Below are positions 55,059 to 64,000 of a stretch of DNA of 64,000 bases, in pieces. The notes under the pieces are model-generated. The model was not told where the DNA came from. It worked only from the letters and a program-made list of their open reading frames with translations, and did not search any database. Every line of letters starts with the position of its first letter. The first letter of the stretch is position 1. Source of the DNA: a virus; IMG/VR virus record IMGVR_UViG_3300033148_003376, positions 1-64,000 of that record; one strand, 5' to 3'. Position numbers and translations under genes: made by a program.

Positions 55059-58000
55059 TATGTCTCCACGGAAATATTCTGTTCAATATTATAGTATTCG
55101 TTGAATCCCAGTCTATCAGGAGATTTCTCCGGGTCTTTCGCGGCCCATTCTACATTTCCGTCTCTCACGGTGTCGTTCTCGACAGACGGCCATGTTGGTT
55201 CACTGTCTGATATGTTCCCGAGAAAATTCATACACTGAAACATGAGAGTCTCTGTCCCAGACTCTACCGGATCTGTAGCAAGAACGTATTCAGACAGTCT
55301 ATACCGTGTCCCAGGTTGCCACGCGGCCGGATCACCACTCTTTTCGACAGCAATCCAAACGATATCTTTGTCGTAGACAGTCTCGTCTTCGGTCGTTGGC
55401 CATATAGGTTCTGGATCTATGGCGTCTTGGGTTGTCGAGGGTGTAATCGTAACATCGCCCACGCCGATGTCTTTGAGATTGGATGCCAGTGGTTCACCTT
55501 TGGTTTCTTCAGTAATCGTAAGAGTAATAGGAGCAGAACTTGCAGCAAGTGTACTGGCAGATACAGTCATCTCAGGTACGTTCGCGAGAGCAAGAGCACT
55601 TTGGAATGCAAACGTAAACCCAGCCGAATAGTCTCCACTTACCACTATATCACCAGCACCGACACCAGTGAGAGCTTCAAGAGCTGATTGTACCGCTGCA
55701 GCATTGTCGTTGAATGCGATATCAGCAGTTTCTTCACTGTCGAATGTGAGTCTCCAAACACCGCTGTCTGGAACATAATCGAATTCGACTTTTTGCTCTT
55801 CATCCTGTCCTGCGTCAACCGGACGTCCGTCCGTGTCTGTCGTGATGACAATCGCAACCTGTTGACCATCAGGAAGCCATTGACCCGGGTTGAGAGGATC
55901 TGGGATCTTTTGATCGTAGAGACTATTGTAAGCAACGGTCATCTGAGGTACATCGATAAGCGCAAGCGCTCCTTGAAATGTGACCTCGAAACCCGACGCC
56001 TGACCAATCGTGCCTGTTACGACAACGTTTCCTGCGCCTATGTTCGGGAGAGCTTCGAGTGCAGCTTGTACCTGTGCAAACGTCGCATCATATCCAAGAA
56101 GGACTGTTGTCTTCGTGTCGTATGTGACACTCCATTGACCAATGACAGGATCGAGGGAAAACCCGATATCCTGAACTTCATTTGCACCAGCGTCCGCTGC
56201 ACGTCCTTCGGTCGTTGTACTCGGTGTTGCTGTTACGGGAGTCGCAGAAACGAGAGTATTGGCCGAGTCAATTAGGAGTACAACATCCAGTTTAATGTTC
56301 ACGCCTTTGAACGTGATCGTGAAATCTGGCCACGCGCCAGTGACTTCGATCTCATCGATATTCGAAAGAGCTTCGAGAGCAATCTTGAGATCGTCTGCAA
56401 GGATGTTGAACGCGAGTGTCCCGGTTTCCTGTCCATCGAAAGTCAGCTTCCAGTTACCTGCGTCAGGAGTAAGATCTGCAGATATGGATTGGATCTCGTT
56501 GATACCTTCATCTGTGAATTCCATTTCCGGTTGGGTCTTGTTCGCATCGTCTCCTTCAAACTCGACGAGAAACCCAATCTCAGGACCAGGTAAAACACTC
56601 ACAACAACATCCGAAAGAGTATTGAGAGATCTCAATGCACTTTGGACGTCTGCGTCTGTAGCATCCCATGCAAGGTTCGAAGTCTTCTCATCACCGAAAT
56701 GAATTCTCCACGTACCACTCGCGGGTAAAACGTCAAAAACAATCTTCTGGATCTCAAGAGATGTGTTGGAATAGAGTTTTTGATCGATCATCCGGTACAT
56801 GAATCGATTGTCCACCGATGGCATGGCGAGATCATTGAGAGCATAGTCAGTATCAGCAACCCATGCACCCGGGAACGGTAAAGCCTTCTTTTCACAACGC
56901 CATACCACGTTGTTGTCTTCGATAATCTCACCGACTTGGAGTGGCCATGTAGGTTCAACGAGACCTGATTTTCTGAACACTCTTGTAAGTCTGAACACGA
57001 AATCAGACGATATCGTCTTGGGTACGACATAGGATCCTTGTTCCTTCCAGATCTCTTCTTCCCATCTGTCTCCATGGATCTGGATTCGAGTTGTCTTGAT
57101 ATACGCAAGAGCCTCTATTGCTGTTTCTAAATCTGTGAGATCGATCGTCTTTTCAAGGGTAAGCTCAAACGGATCGAGATCGATTGTCTTTTCGATATCA
57201 ACGCTATCCGTGCCTTCAGAAATAATAGACTCGATGTCGTTTTCAGGATTACCACCAGCCTGGAGAAGCTTGATCGCGATGTCGAGTGTAACTGGGTTTC
57301 TAATGGGATGTGTTATCGTCGGAGGAGCAAGACCCATCGTCCGTCTTGAGAGCAGATCATTCAATATCGAATCTATTTCGTTTCCGAGAGTCGCAACCCT
57401 GACGGTAAAACCAGTGTTGATATCCTCAGACGTACCAGCACCGACTCCGAATTCCGTGTCGTAAACAGTAACGATCTTGCCACTGATGTAGACATCAAAA
57501 TCTCCAACTGTGTCGAGCTTCGTCTTGACCGCTGCAGCAACCGTTTCCGCGACGTCATCTTTCGAGATCGTAACTTCGAGACCAATCTTTCCAGAAATGT
57601 TGGGGTCCGATCCTGTTCCATCTACATTGATCCAAAGGTAATAGTTGTTGAGTGTTGAATAAAGGTATAGGTATTTGTTTTGTAAACTCTCGTTGTCGTC
57701 GTGCTTTGACGTAATCTCGATTACTTGGAGAGTCTCACCGAACAGAGCCATATCCTCTCTAGAATACGTCAATTCGATGACTGCAGGAGAGATGTCTCTC
57801 CAGTTTGTGTCGGCGATAATAGTCCGAAGGAATTTGAAGACCTTGGCGTAGTCTTCACGCGCTTCGACCAATTTTTGAGTCTCATGGAAAAGAGGAGCAT
57901 TGACCTTGATCTCTTTGATAGTCTCGGGACGAGTATATGCATTGTCCACTTCATATGTGTTCAGTGTGCCATAGATGAAGTTGATGTCAGACTGGGAATA

Positions 58001-58711
58001 CTCGATGTCTTTGAGTTCGAGGTATTCGATCTTGAGAACATCTCCGACTGCATATCGGACCTTGGCATCGGAGTCATTCATATAGATGACATCGACCGCT
58101 CCATTTACATTCGAAACAACTGCGAATTTATCCTCATTCAAATCTCTGATACGATCGGATATCTCGACTTCGACATCGTTCAAAAGAACTCTGACGTCAT
58201 TCGAGACCTTGTCTTGAGTGTAACGAAAGATGTCCGGATCTTCTGTATCGACTGTTTTCTCTTCGCTTCTCAGATCCCCCGCAGCCGCGAGAATTGTTGT
58301 CTGAACACCCGCGTTGACAGTCGTGTCTTCGAGAGCAATAAGATCTTTGTCTTTGAGAACACCGATGATCGAGTATCGTGTGATGGTACCCGTGATGTTT
58401 GGTGTAATAGTGAGTCTGAGATGAACATTGCTACCTCGGAAGACAGAATAACCGAGAAATTGTCCACCCGCAGTCACCGAGCTTCGCGCACGTGCGTAGG
58501 TCCAAAATGCTTCACGACGACTGATAATATTGTTGTAAGACAACAATGCTGAAAGACCGGCGACAATTTCGATTTTGGTCTGTCCGGTAGACGACGCAAA
58601 GAAATCGGCCCATCTCGCAAAATCAGGTTTGGACTGAACGAACCCGGTCACATCAGATTTAGCACCCGACTGTGATACGGTCGTTGGATCTATTATGAAT
58701 GTTTCAGTCAT
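55058..58711 (-). CDS. Baseplate wedge protein gp6/gpJ-like with large insertions
   Basis: ARARSSV...LGYS, ETIKEIKVNAP...REDY; follows the gp25-like gene. Confidence 0.8.
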   Translation of the reverse strand: MTETFIIDPTTVSQSGAKSDVTGFVQSKPDFARWADFFASSTGQTKIEIVAGLSALLSYNNIISRREAFWTYARARSSVTAGGQFLGYSVFRGSNVHLRLTITPNITGTITRYSIIGVLKDKDLIALEDTTVNAGVQTTILAAAGDLRSEEKTVDTEDPDIFRYTQDKVSNDVRVLLNDVEVEISDRIRDLNEDKFAVVSNVNGAVDVIYMNDSDAKVRYAVGDVLKIEYLELKDIEYSQSDINFIYGTLNTYEVDNAYTRPETIKEIKVNAPLFHETQKLVEAREDYAKVFKFLRTIIADTNWRDISPAVIELTYSREDMALFGETLQVIEITSKHDDNESLQNKYLYLYSTLNNYYLWINVDGTGSDPNISGKIGLEVTISKDDVAETVAAAVKTKLDTVGDFDVYISGKIVTVYDTEFGVGAGTSEDINTGFTVRVATLGNEIDSILNDLLSRRTMGLAPPTITHPIRNPVTLDIAIKLLQAGGNPENDIESIISEGTDSVDIEKTIDLDPFELTLEKTIDLTDLETAIEALAYIKTTRIQIHGDRWEEEIWKEQGSYVVPKTISSDFVFRLTRVFRKSGLVEPTWPLQVGEIIEDNNVVWRCEKKALPFPGAWVADTDYALNDLAMPSVDNRFMYRMIDQKLYSNTSLEIQKIVFDVLPASGTWRIHFGDEKTSNLAWDATDADVQSALRSLNTLSDVVVSVLPGPEIGFLVEFEGDDANKTQPEMEFTDEGINEIQSISADLTPDAGNWKLTFDGQETGTLAFNILADDLKIALEALSNIDEIEVTGAWPDFTITFKGVNIKLDVVLLIDSANTLVSATPVTATPSTTTEGRAADAGANEVQDIGFSLDPVIGQWSVTYDTKTTVLLGYDATFAQVQAALEALPNIGAGNVVVTGTIGQASGFEVTFQGALALIDVPQMTVAYNSLYDQKIPDPLNPGQWLPDGQQVAIVITTDTDGRPVDAGQDEEQKVEFDYVPDSGVWRLTFDSEETADIAFNDNAAAVQSALEALTGVGAGDIVVSGDYSAGFTFAFQSALALANVPEMTVSASTLAASSAPITLTITEETKGEPLASNLKDIGVGDVTITPSTTQDAIDPEPIWPTTEDETVYDKDIVWIAVEKSGDPAAWQPGTRYRLSEYVLATDPVESGTETLMFQCMNFLGNISDSEPTWPSVENDTVRDGNVEWAAKDPEKSPDRLGFNEYYNIEQNISVET

Positions 58712-58717
58712 AAGATA

Positions 58718-59086
58718 TCACTTTGTTATTGACGTCCTGTATTCAAACTTCTGATCTTCAACACCCTGTATTTCGAAGACAAGATAGAGATCAAATTCAT
58801 GATCGTCCAGGTTTGGTGTTATGACCGTGAGTCTGTCATCGATTATGACTCGTCTTTCCCATCTCTCTACCATCGCAGTTACCGCTCTGAAAACAGACAG
58901 CGCGGAATCCTCACTCATCATTTCAAAGATTTCGTCTTCGAGGAAATTTCCGAAATTGACATTGAAAAGACGCTCACCTACAAGTGTCTCGAAAATATTA
59001 TCAAGAGACTGATACACAGCCTCTACCTTTGTAAGTAGAGCCTTGTCTTCTGGTGTGTACGAGTTGACATCACTGTAGATAGTCAT
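58718..59086 (-). CDS. Baseplate gp25/GPW-like protein
   Basis: AVYQSLDNIFETLVGERLFNVNFG...ERWERRV. Confidence 0.88.
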   Translation of the reverse strand: MTIYSDVNSYTPEDKALLTKVEAVYQSLDNIFETLVGERLFNVNFGNFLEDEIFEMMSEDSALSVFRAVTAMVERWERRVIIDDRLTVITPNLDDHEFDLYLVFEIQGVEDQKFEYRTSITK

Positions 59087-60300
59087 ACAAAAAATGCCTT
59101 AAATGCTCGTAACGCGTTCATCGCATACTCTTCTACTTCGACTCGTGCAGTTAACGTCGCTCGCCATCTGTCTTCGGCGTCTTGTCTGGCTTGTTCGTTG
59201 TCGTAGCTTTCTCCCGCCAAAATCTCCTCTATGGCGTCTTCGATACCCGCTGTACCAAGTGTACCAGCCACGAAGAGGATCATCGCAGTGTACTTATTAT
59301 CAACGAGATCCGACATTGCATCATCTCTAAGAGACTCCTTGATATACTCAGTACCACCTGTAGATTCGGGGATATCCAGAACATAAATACCAGTCGCGTT
59401 GAGTGCAGCTTTGAACTGGTCCACGAGTTCTTGGAAATCTTTGACTATATCGTTGAGTGCTTCGACTTTCTTTTCGATGATTTCGATAAGTGCAATGACC
59501 GGATCTTCAGCTTGTAAAAATCCTTTCAACATGGCGAGCACTTTTAATAACAGCTTTCTGGTGTCGTCGATAAGTGGAATCGATTTGAGTGTGAATCCTA
59601 TCCAATCTGGATTGGTTGATATGGGTCGAAGAGACCCACCGGTCTCCAGGTTTGCCATCCTCAATAATCTATTGAGAAGGTCTAAAAACTCTTGGTATCC
59701 AAAAACACTCGTAAGACCTTCAAGAATAGTCGCAAATGGTCCAACGCCCGGAGCCGTTACCATGATACCGAATCCAGTCACATTCGACGAACTCGTAAAC
59801 ACTGGTCTATTGAGATCTCCACTATCTCCGAAAGAATCGATCGCCTTGTTGATCGTCTCACCTGGTGTCAGAGTCGGAATTCCGAACTCGTCATATTGTA
59901 TTGGAGCACCTGTAAACGCTGCAGCACTCAGGTTGTAAATGTCGTCCATGTTTTCAGCGTCGAAAAGAGAGATGTCTCCGGTACTGGCAACGTTGGGTTG
60001 TAGGTTGAACGGTTGAACTACGATAGCGTGAACACCCGTACTGAAAAGATCGATAATAAGCTTTTCAAGCTCATCAATCAACGCACCAAGAAGCGCTTTA
60101 AACGGGTCAGTCGCTCCCTTGTACAAAGCTTTGGCTATCCCTAGAGCTGTCGAGACGATGTCGAGAGCCGTCGAAACTTTGCCAGCAAATGTACTAACTC
60201 CGGTCAGAAATTGATTGATCTCGTCCGGTACCTTGGGTATGAGATCTGTCTTCGTCCAGGACAAACTTGATAGTCCTCGCTTTGTGTTCGAGCATGACAA
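59083..60300 (-). CDS. Putative baseplate-associated protein
   Basis: About 400 aa, helical; likely TTG start (MSWTKT). Confidence 0.65.
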   Translation of the reverse strand: MSCSNTKRGLSSLSWTKTDLIPKVPDEINQFLTGVSTFAGKVSTALDIVSTALGIAKALYKGATDPFKALLGALIDELEKLIIDLFSTGVHAIVVQPFNLQPNVASTGDISLFDAENMDDIYNLSAAAFTGAPIQYDEFGIPTLTPGETINKAIDSFGDSGDLNRPVFTSSSNVTGFGIMVTAPGVGPFATILEGLTSVFGYQEFLDLLNRLLRMANLETGGSLRPISTNPDWIGFTLKSIPLIDDTRKLLLKVLAMLKGFLQAEDPVIALIEIIEKKVEALNDIVKDFQELVDQFKAALNATGIYVLDIPESTGGTEYIKESLRDDAMSDLVDNKYTAMILFVAGTLGTAGIEDAIEEILAGESYDNEQARQDAEDRWRATLTARVEVEEYAMNALRAFKAFFV

Positions 60301-60375
60301 CCTCTCGTTCCAAAACGCGTGTGAGATTGTTCATGATATTGTCCAAATTCTTGAACGTGGGTTTTTGCCATGGCA

Positions 60376-60972
60376 TTACGATACAGTTCCTTGGCCTTTG
60401 CCGGTAGCTGGTGCAGGTGGTTGAATCGGTGTTCCCGCGATGACAACATTTCCGGATGCTTTTCTGAATGCTTGACCTACTCCTTGTGCCATCGCGTTCG
60501 AAAGCTTCGGGAGGTTTTCACCGACAAGAGTCTTTGAAACACCTTGCGATGTGATGTTTCCCTCAATTTCTATCGGTGTGACTGGAATTGATCCCACGTC
60601 TATGACACCAGCTCCTACAGCTACCAGTGGATGTGATGATGTAAGAGTCACTTGTGCAAGTTCCAATTCAAGTGCATCGGCATATGCCGAGATGATCTTT
60701 GGGGTATTTTCACCGACAAGTCCTTTGAGTACCGCATTGGCCAAGATGGTCGTTTTCAGCTCTGCTGCAGTGATGCCTATGATTCCAAGTCCAGTACCGA
60801 CTCCAGGTCCACCACTACCACTATCTGTCGTCGTAAATGGTTTCCCCACGATGCTCATGATTGTTCCGGTAGAACATGCTCCGGTGAGCTTCGGCATATC
60901 GGGACCGACGATCGCCTTTGATGTAAGATTGGCGATCATGACCTGATTCATTCGGAAATCGAGGATCGGCAT
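60376..60972 (-). CDS. Gly-rich virion protein
   Basis: Three xVGxxxPKL repeats; ends GKGQGTVS. Confidence 0.65.
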   Translation of the reverse strand: MPILDFRMNQVMIANLTSKAIVGPDMPKLTGACSTGTIMSIVGKPFTTTDSGSGGPGVGTGLGIIGITAAELKTTILANAVLKGLVGENTPKIISAYADALELELAQVTLTSSHPLVAVGAGVIDVGSIPVTPIEIEGNITSQGVSKTLVGENLPKLSNAMAQGVGQAFRKASGNVVIAGTPIQPPAPATGKGQGTVS

Positions 60973-60981
60973 GACTCGTCA

Positions 60982-61191
60982 TTACAGTGAGTTGTAAAAT
61001 TTTGTCGCAGCATCATCCAATGTTTTGAACAAGGAATCTGCCTTTTTCTGTTTGTCTTTTGACGCTTTCTTGATCATGGCTTTTGCCAACTTGGTGAACT
61101 CGTCCCATGCGGCTGATAGTTCGTCAAACGAATTGTCTTCCGCCTCATTCAATTTCTTGACTCTTTCCAGAAAATCTTTTGCTTTACTCAT
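60982..61191 (-). CDS. Putative internal head protein
   Basis: MSKAKDFLERVKKLNE leader. Confidence 0.6.
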   Translation of the reverse strand: MSKAKDFLERVKKLNEAEDNSFDELSAAWDEFTKLAKAMIKKASKDKQKKADSLFKTLDDAATKFYNSL

Positions 61192-61574
61192 CGCTCTGAC
61201 TCCTTGTTGAATGCTTCCATGACCGTGAAAAGATGTTCTGCAGGACCCTCGATATAATCTGTATAACACTTCGTACAGTATGCTCTTGTAATAGACTCGA
61301 TTCCTATATCGAGGTTCACTATGATTGCAGGTTCTTCCGAATACTTCTTGAGATCCGTTGGAATGTGATTGATCTTGCCGTCAAACGGTGATTGCTGTCT
61401 CACCGTCATAATGTGAACGATCTCGTACGGCACATCGACGAACTCACGAGGATCAATATCAGGATCGAAATCCGGGTTCGGAACCCTCTTCATCTTCGTC
61501 TCGGTGACAGGTTCACCGGGAGGATAGAGCTTCAGAATCTTCTTACATGCTGCACATTTTCGAGGTGTTGCCAC
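61188..61574 (-). CDS. Zinc-finger hypothetical protein
   Basis: CAAC...CTKC. Confidence 0.6.
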   Translation of the reverse strand: MATPRKCAACKKILKLYPPGEPVTETKMKRVPNPDFDPDIDPREFVDVPYEIVHIMTVRQQSPFDGKINHIPTDLKKYSEEPAIIVNLDIGIESITRAYCTKCYTDYIEGPAEHLFTVMEAFNKESER

Positions 61575-61586
61575 GGGTCCTCACAC

Positions 61587-62315
61587 TCAGGTACGTTTTC
61601 GTTTTTCCAGTTCGGATTTGATCCATTTTTTCGCAATCGGATTGGTGGTCGATTTCCTGGCAAACTTGGCGACTTCTTTCCAGACCATGGCAAGAACTTT
61701 GTCATCGCTCGTCTTTGGATCACTGTTATCCACGACGATGAAGTTCTTGCCAAAGAGATTCTGAAACTTACCAATGTTGTTTTGAACATCGTTCCATGCT
61801 TTGGTTATTGCTTCCACACGGACTGTTCTTCCACCTCTTTCACCTCTTTGTTTATTCCGTTCAATTGCAACATCCAGTGACGTATTTACGAAGATCATGA
61901 ACGCATCATAGCCAAGTTCCTCGAAGTTCAATTTCTGACCCTTGATCTTGTTGTAATCTTTGGCAGTTCCATCAATGAGTAGACCCAAGCGACCGTTGAG
62001 ATACTGTTTCAGTTTTGACCCAGTCAATGTCTTGGCTTTTTTTCTAATCTCTTGTGATTTTTCGAACTCCTCTTTAGAAAGCTTTGTGAAGTCGAGAGAA
62101 AGACCAGCCCGGGTCAAAAATAATTCAACCAAATCATCGGAATTCACCGCTCTAAAGCCGTGTCCACCTGTTGTATGTTTGCCGACGAAACCTTTACCGG
62201 ATCCCCCGCCCCCAGCCATGAACACGGCTTTGAAGATAGAAGGATCATACACACCCTCATTGATAAGGACTGCCTGTCGCACTCGTTCTAAAACCTGTGC
62301 CGCTCTTGATGTCAT
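61587..62315 (-). CDS. Zeta-toxin/AAA_33-like P-loop kinase
   Basis: AVFMAGGGGSGKG, VNSDD, LLIDGT, FVNTSLDVAIERN..R. Confidence 0.8.
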   Translation of the reverse strand: MTSRAAQVLERVRQAVLINEGVYDPSIFKAVFMAGGGGSGKGFVGKHTTGGHGFRAVNSDDLVELFLTRAGLSLDFTKLSKEEFEKSQEIRKKAKTLTGSKLKQYLNGRLGLLIDGTAKDYNKIKGQKLNFEELGYDAFMIFVNTSLDVAIERNKQRGERGGRTVRVEAITKAWNDVQNNIGKFQNLFGKNFIVVDNSDPKTSDDKVLAMVWKEVAKFARKSTTNPIAKKWIKSELEKRKRT

Positions 62316-62362
62316 GGAAATATCCTCGTGGTAAATTTTGTATTTGAACGTAATGAATTATC

Positions 62363-62635
62363 TCAGGTTTCTATGTGCTTCTTGCCATCGATTGTGACAC
62401 GGACATCCCCTTCATCCGTAAGATCGTTGAAGGCGTCTACAACCTTCTTGATTATCTTGTCGTCGACTGGTTTTCCAACGTCGTACGTACTATACGAAAT
62501 CCATTTATTATTCATAGCTATGAAGACTTCGATTTTACTTCCAGGCTTCACAGTCTTCTTGATGGATGTGGCCAGATCTTCTTTTGCTTCATTTGCCTTC
62601 TTGATCACGTCCAAAAATTCTTTTGCGATACCCAT
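62363..62635 (-). CDS. Putative internal head protein
   Basis: MGIAKEFLDVIKKANE leader. Confidence 0.6.
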   Translation of the reverse strand: MGIAKEFLDVIKKANEAKEDLATSIKKTVKPGSKIEVFIAMNNKWISYSTYDVGKPVDDKIIKKVVDAFNDLTDEGDVRVTIDGKKHIET

Positions 62636-62680
62636 GAGATTCTCTCCTTAAAATAAACATCTGTTTACATGTTATTCGTC

Positions 62681-63637
62681 TTATCCTATTTGTACCGTTG
62701 GAACACCAATCTTAGGTTTTCCCGATGTCAAATCTTCGATCGGATCGCTAAACGTTGAGATACCAAATCCACCCAAAACCTTATTGAGACTCACAATAAG
62801 ACCCCTGATATCGTACGGTCCAACAAGAGCCGTTTTCTCTACCGGTCCAGTTATCACAGTCTGTGTGAGTCCAAGACCAATCGTTTCAGTTTTTTTCAAC
62901 GCCACAAGACTGGTCTTCTGTCCACCTACTGACTCGCCCCGGTTTCCCGTCGTCGATTCTGATAGACTTCCACCCGTAGATCTTTGCACTCCACCAAGAA
63001 CCTCTTCCAAAAGACCACCTGATACCTCGGTCGTCTTGTTACCGACAGTCTCGATAAGCTCATCGACAGTCACTCGTTTGATATCTCCGGTGTCTTCCTG
63101 TTCTCCAGCTTGGTTGGTGGTTATTTTTCCCGTCTCGAAATCCAGGATGAGTGAAGTCTTTCCGTCCGCCGACTGGAAATTGAGTTTACGAGGTCCTTTA
63201 ATGGTAACAGACCCATCAGACTCAACCTGAAAACCAAATCCACTTGGGTGAAGATACTCGCTGATCTTCTTGGCCTTGTTCGTAGTGAATTGTTGTCCTT
63301 GTTCGTCTCTTGATCCATACGTGTTCGGATAATCCTCGTTCACGGGACCTGTCTGAGTAAGAGTCGATTCCCACGAACCAATGTAGAACCCGCTGTAAAT
63401 GTCTCCGTATGGAAAGATGATCTCAATTTCACTTCCGAGACTTGGGATCTTTACATCATTCGAAGTACGTCGAGGATAGATCCACGGGAGTTTGTCAATA
63501 GTACCTGCGAGTCTGCCAGCGATCACAGCTTTGACACGACGAAGTCTATCGGGATCGTCGTTGTTCATCACGACACCACGATGAGGTTTGGACAGACCTT
63601 CGGAAGGTTTCAAAAAATCATTTGCTTTGATAAGCAT
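62681..63637 (-). CDS. Baseplate central spike (gp5/gpV-like)
   Basis: GVVMNNDDPDRLRRVKA...LPW OB-fold; beta-helix VGG repeats. Confidence 0.85.
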   Translation of the reverse strand: MLIKANDFLKPSEGLSKPHRGVVMNNDDPDRLRRVKAVIAGRLAGTIDKLPWIYPRRTSNDVKIPSLGSEIEIIFPYGDIYSGFYIGSWESTLTQTGPVNEDYPNTYGSRDEQGQQFTTNKAKKISEYLHPSGFGFQVESDGSVTIKGPRKLNFQSADGKTSLILDFETGKITTNQAGEQEDTGDIKRVTVDELIETVGNKTTEVSGGLLEEVLGGVQRSTGGSLSESTTGNRGESVGGQKTSLVALKKTETIGLGLTQTVITGPVEKTALVGPYDIRGLIVSLNKVLGGFGISTFSDPIEDLTSGKPKIGVPTVQIG

Positions 63638-64000
63638 CAGATGTGTTGTCCCCTTACCTCGTTGAGTGATTCCCTACACATCTCAACAACCGTAGCAACC
63701 TGGTTCTTTTGGGTCGTCCGCGCTACTTTCGTTACATAGTAGAGACCCGTTGCAAACTCTGAAGAAGCTGTCGTATTTCCAAGTCCAGGATCCTTGAACA
63801 TCACAAGATCGAGTATCTTTACCGGTTTGAATACACCTTGGAAACTCGTTGTTACCTTCAAAGCACCGAAACTTATGAGCCTCGTGAGATTATTATAAAA
63901 CGCGTTCCAGTAGTTCTCATGGAGATTCTCGTTCCTAGTATTGATACCAAGGAAATGGTTACCCATTTCACTTCGCTTGGCTATCTTCGACGCCAGTGCG
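63637..64000 (-). CDS. Baseplate hub-like protein, 5'-partial
   Basis: TGLYYVTKVAR C-terminus upstream of the gp5-like gene; runs off the window edge. Confidence 0.55.
   Translation of the reverse strand, partial: ALASKIAKRSEMGNHFLGINTRNENLHENYWNAFYNNLTRLISFGALKVTTSFQGVFKPVKILDLVMFKDPGLGNTTASSEFATGLYYVTKVARTTQKNQVATVVEMCRESLNEVRGQHI

Noticed and set aside
39000-63300. Long + strand ORFs opposite the late genes (e.g. 49416-50252, 57725-58552)
   Set aside because: Antisense shadows of strongly biased - strand genes; no RBS or recognisable motifs
1-64000. Stop-codon reassignment
   Set aside because: Long conserved genes are intact in the standard code, and TAA, TAG and TGA all end genes at tight junctions
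1-64000. tRNA/rRNA genes, or a DGR/retron reverse transcriptase
   Set aside because: No convincing cloverleaf and no YxDD RT ORF seen by eye; tRNAscan-SE would be needed to exclude tRNAs

Overview
This is a 64-kb fragment of a large T4-like (myovirus, probably jumbo) phage genome that uses the standard genetic code. All family assignments come from motif recognition, not database searches. 1-21.5 kb: dense early/accessory region of small ORFs driven by eight near-identical sigma70 promoter cassettes (TTGACA-N17-TATACT, then AAAGAGTGGTCAG); the + and - arms converge on a hairpin at ~18.4 kb. It includes DUF4942, DUF2958, DUF3560, XRE-HTH proteins, a Holliday-junction resolvase, a solo IS1341-type tnpB, and several small ORFs carrying apparent fragments of capsid, terminase, prohead protease and QueC. 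21.6-39 kb: + strand middle genes: a sigma/Mor-like regulator, a 5-hmdU DNA kinase-like protein, an IS607 element with a pro-Fanzor-type TnpB, an AT-hook protein, NADAR, tandem ThyX, a PAPS-reductase-family protein, a tyrosine recombinase, a WYL protein and a GH108 endolysin; a ninth promoter copy lies at ~37.9 kb. 39-64 kb: - strand late module with fibres, a membrane/lipoprotein cluster, gp6-, gp25- and gp5-like baseplate genes, and small proteins with a shared putative capsid-targeting leader. The strongest leads are a possible cluster of virion-protein mimics (candidate immune decoys), the palindromic promoter cassette family, the pro-Fanzor TnpB, and the head-packaged protein family.
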